A stretch of DNA of 63,965 nucleotides, counting the filler, from Reclinomonas americana ATCC 50394 (lineage: Eukaryota): assembly GCA_048213135.1 (NCBI GenBank). It is 6 parts of 3 records of this genome, joined end to end, with 100 filler letters (N's around TTAATTAATTAA, not from the genome) between each part and the next. Parts side by side here need not be neighbours in the genome. Positions count along the whole stretch, not along the records: positions 60,126 to 63,965 come from PS015302.1; 5 more parts are not named here. One strand, 5' to 3'. This document shows, one piece after another, positions 60,653 to 63,965 of this stretch. The notes beneath the pieces were generated by a model. It was given only the letters and a program-made list of their open reading frames with translations, did no database searches and had not been told where the DNA came from. Within the stretch, counting starts at the first letter, position 1; every line of letters starts with the position of its first letter. A program made the position numbers and the translations under genes.

Positions 60653-63600
60653 CGAAAGTGCGCCCCAGCAATGCCTTGTAATCATAGAGCGTGTCGGCCG
60701 AAGACTTTTCGTGCCGGCGGCGACTGACATTGCCGAGAATCCACCGACCCGTGGTACACGTGACACAGTTGGCAATGCATGGGGCCTGCACACCGCAGCG
60801 GTCAACAACACGAGTTGCACGAGTGTGAATATGGCCAGACAACTCAACTGCATCCTCCTGCAGCATCACAGGCTGTCCCGGCGACGCCACTGTCGTATGG
60901 CGCAGCACCGACTCTGACAAGTCAGGCTCCCAGAACTCGGCTCCCTTCGGCACCATCCGCCACGCCTCTCGCGCCTCTCTCAACTCCTCCTCGTACGCCT
61001 CCTCCGACTCATCATCATCTCCATCATCATCATCATCATCGTCATCGTCGGCACTCGAGTGCGCATCGGTCGTGGCCGCATCAGTGACAGAGTGAGTTGT
61101 GTCTGCCGCCCCGTGCTGGTGGCGGTGACTGTGCCGACGCGTCTCTCGCCACTTGCGCAACTCGCCAATCGACACATGACACATCACGTAGCAGCGCAGC
61201 AGATCGGTTCCAAAGTCGATGCCCACATAGCCCCGATGCTCACCAGCCGCCGCCGCACTGATGATCCCCGGCGGCGCGGCACTGTCGGCGTTCATCACAC
61301 GACAAGGGGATAGAGGACAGAGGCGAGGACGCGAGCACATATCCATGAAATTCACTTTGGCTTTCGCGCGCCTTACAAAAGTCCATCACCGTATCTCACG
61401 TGCGATCTGGATCCGAGATGGCTGCCGGATCGGAACTGACTTCGATCGGCGGTTCAGGGGCCACGACACCCGACGCCGAGCCGCCGCCCGCCACACCACC
61501 GTCCTCGTCTGCGGCGTGCACAATCGAGCTGAACGATGCGAAGCCCTCGGGTGCGCCAAAGCTATCAGGGGGAAGGAAGGAAGCAGAGAATAAGTACGAC
61601 GCGTACAATTATTCGGACGCTACAGCGGAGGGGAAAAAACGCAACACAAATGGTTGGTCGCCGAAATTGATGCGCGCCTGTTGTCGCCTGCCAAAGGTCA
61701 CCGCCGGGCAGTAGTACTCGTGGTGTGAGAGAGGTGCGCCACTGAACGCCACGGGGCTCTTTGTTCGTCGCCTCAACAGCGGTTGACCGTTCTTGAAGAA
61801 GAAGATCTCGAGAGTGTCCACATCGATACCGCAACCAATCACATCGCCCGGAACCGCCGGTCGCCCATCCAGATACTCTCGTTTCTTGCCGCTAACGGTG
61901 CGGCCACGGAACACCTCAAACGCAAACGAAAGTGGGTCGTCGCCGAGCTCACCGTCCTCCTCCAGCACCTCGCACTCGAGCGACGCGAATCCGCATCGCA
62001 GGTGCTCCACATTGTCGAGGACCACCTTGGCGTCGCACGAAGAGAGGTCAGCAGAGAAGTGCGAAACTCTTGTTCTCTCTCTCTCTCTCTCTCACTCTCT
62101 CTCTCATTCACCTCGTAGTAGTATCGGCCAGCACTGGCGAAACCCGTGTATAGTACAGACTGAGAGATGGGCGCGTCGTTGCGGAAGTGCAAGCGCGACG
62201 GAATCATGTGCAGGAGACCGCTGAGTTTGCAGTGATGCGTGCTCTCCTCCGAACCCACATCTGTCGCCACCCCGGGGGTGAGTGCACACAACAACAGATG
62301 ACGCCAAGAGATTTCATCGATGACGCACCAGTCTCTAGCATGCCGGTGACCCATTCCGCACAAAACTCCAGACCCTTGTCGTCGATGCCTTCACGGTGCA
62401 GACGGTCGCGGAACTTGGAAATGGTCGACTGCAACGAGGAGGAGCGCATCCGCTCCTTTACCGTTTCTGCGAACGCAGTGAGCAGAGAGAAACGACCGGA
62501 AGCGGCGACCACGCGGCACGAATTCATCATGAGCTCACCGACGGTGGCGAGGAAACCCAGCGTGTTGATGGTGTTGATGAGTGTTGATGCATCCGACTCC
62601 GCCGCCAGTGTTTCGGCGAAGCGTTCAATCACTCCTTGTTCCGACATGTTGCGGCACGCCTCACCCGCTACAACAGCCAATCAGTCTACCAGTCATTCGC
62701 TGAAACGCAGCACACAGCTGGCACAACGTACCTCCGACAGCAATGTCGGCGAGAAGGAGCGTGGCGTCCCGTCGGTCGCTGACCTCGGCGGAGGAGCAGA
62801 GTGGCGCCAGGTGCTCTCGCCACAGCCGTCCAAAGTACCGATCTGCGCAGGGAGAGCATAAGTGACGAGCTCGGTGTTGACGAACAAGCGAGCGACACAA
62901 ACACACTTACCATCCTCGGAGAGTTTGGCCAGCGCCGAGAGTGCCAGATGGCGCTCTGCGGCGTCGGTGCGTCGTGCGTACGACACCAACGAGGCGATCG
63001 CATTGGCCTCGACCAGTGCGTCACGTACTTGAAGAGCTGTGGTGCGCGTCAAATGCACGCACAAACGGTAAATGGTGACGGTGAAACGCAACACACGAGG
63101 GTCAACTGCGCGAGCACACTGCACGCAAGCAGGTCGTTGCCACTCTGACCGTGGAGCGACAATTCCACAAGCGATTCGATTCCGTGCTCGTCCATCAGCT
63201 TGATGGCGTACATGTCTGGCAAGGCGCACACACACGGCTGAGAAGAGAAACAAGTCGCGGTTGTGCCACCCCCCTACGAAACTGGTACTCGACAGATAGT
63301 ACAGAGCAATGAGCGCGAAGCGAATGGCGTCGGGTTCGCGGCACGTCACGATAATGTGCAGCAAATGCCGAATGCCACCACTGTCGTGAATGATTCGTGC
63401 CGCTCCCTCTGCGAAGACGTCGACGACAATGGTGTGAGAAGTGGGGGAACACACACACACACAAGTGCATGCACAGACCATGCATGGCCATGTTCATGAG
63501 AAGCGAGGCCGAGTCGACCACGGCCTTCACTTCATCGGAACGCGCACCGGCGTACACCTTTTGCACATCGTGACTTTCGAGAATGTCGTGCAGCAGCGCC

Positions 63601-63965
63601 TGGTTCTCGTGATCCTCTGAACAGAGAGCACAAGTAAGCTTTCCAACGAACTGTGCAATTACAAGCACTGGAGCAGAACACACCCTGCCGATACACATTC
63701 TCCAGCGTGTGCGAAATGGCGGCAAAATTGTTCGCGCGAATGTTGTAAATCAGATGCGCGCAGACGGGCGATTCGAGCACCTTCAGGCGGCGAGACCTGC
63801 TCAATTCAAGCATGCCCTCAACCGTGTCGTCGAGGGAGCGACTGGGAAGCAAATTGATGTCGGGTGGCTGCACGAAGACATTGGAGATGAGGAGGAAGCA
63901 ACACACTGAGATGTGAAAGACACAAACCGAAATCCATGAATGCTCCAGCGCTTTTTCCAGGGTAA
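60653..63965 (-). CDS. RSPRY1-like ARM-repeat + SPRY protein fused to an Hsp70-like NBD (partial at both ends)
   Basis: ARM-like GGIRHLLHII...FALIALYYLS and LALSALAKLS; LEFCAEWV; SPRY GRYYYE|VVL...LRCGFA...LGDDPLSFAF...GDVIGCGID...FFKNG...PAVTF...NFGDQPFV|F; then in frame GYVGIDFGT...DYKALLGRTF. Confidence 0.8.

Overview
Intron-dense, GC-rich eukaryotic (probably flagellated protist) draft scaffold with GA/CA/CT microsatellite-rich introns, many N gaps and five artificial N44-TTAATTAATTAA-N44 spacers. I spliced exons by hand. Genes from left to right: IPT/TIG-like tandem-repeat surface protein (partial), a membrane-anchored first exon, GT31 glycosyltransferase, BBS10-like chaperonin, COPS9/CSNAP-like protein with a UIM-like motif, 7TM gustatory-receptor-like (GRL/7TMIC) channel, two paralogous coiled-coil genes flanking a class I HDAC, NB-ARC/STAND NTPase (partial), PIG-S, a WD40 protein, a hidden 120-aa five-exon gene, a hypothetical partial gene, TKL-like kinase (partial), coiled-coil/actin-related fusion, EDC4, and an RSPRY1-like ARM-SPRY protein fused to an Hsp70-like domain. 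The main signal is a second, very common class of 5' splice site. About 40 donors read GT-T-(G/T/A)(C/A)G(T), e.g. GTTGCGT or GTTGAGT, which is the ordinary GTGCGT/GTGAGT consensus shifted by one base. They occur almost only after exons that do not end in G. All gene models and family assignments come from manual reading and recalled motifs, not database searches.
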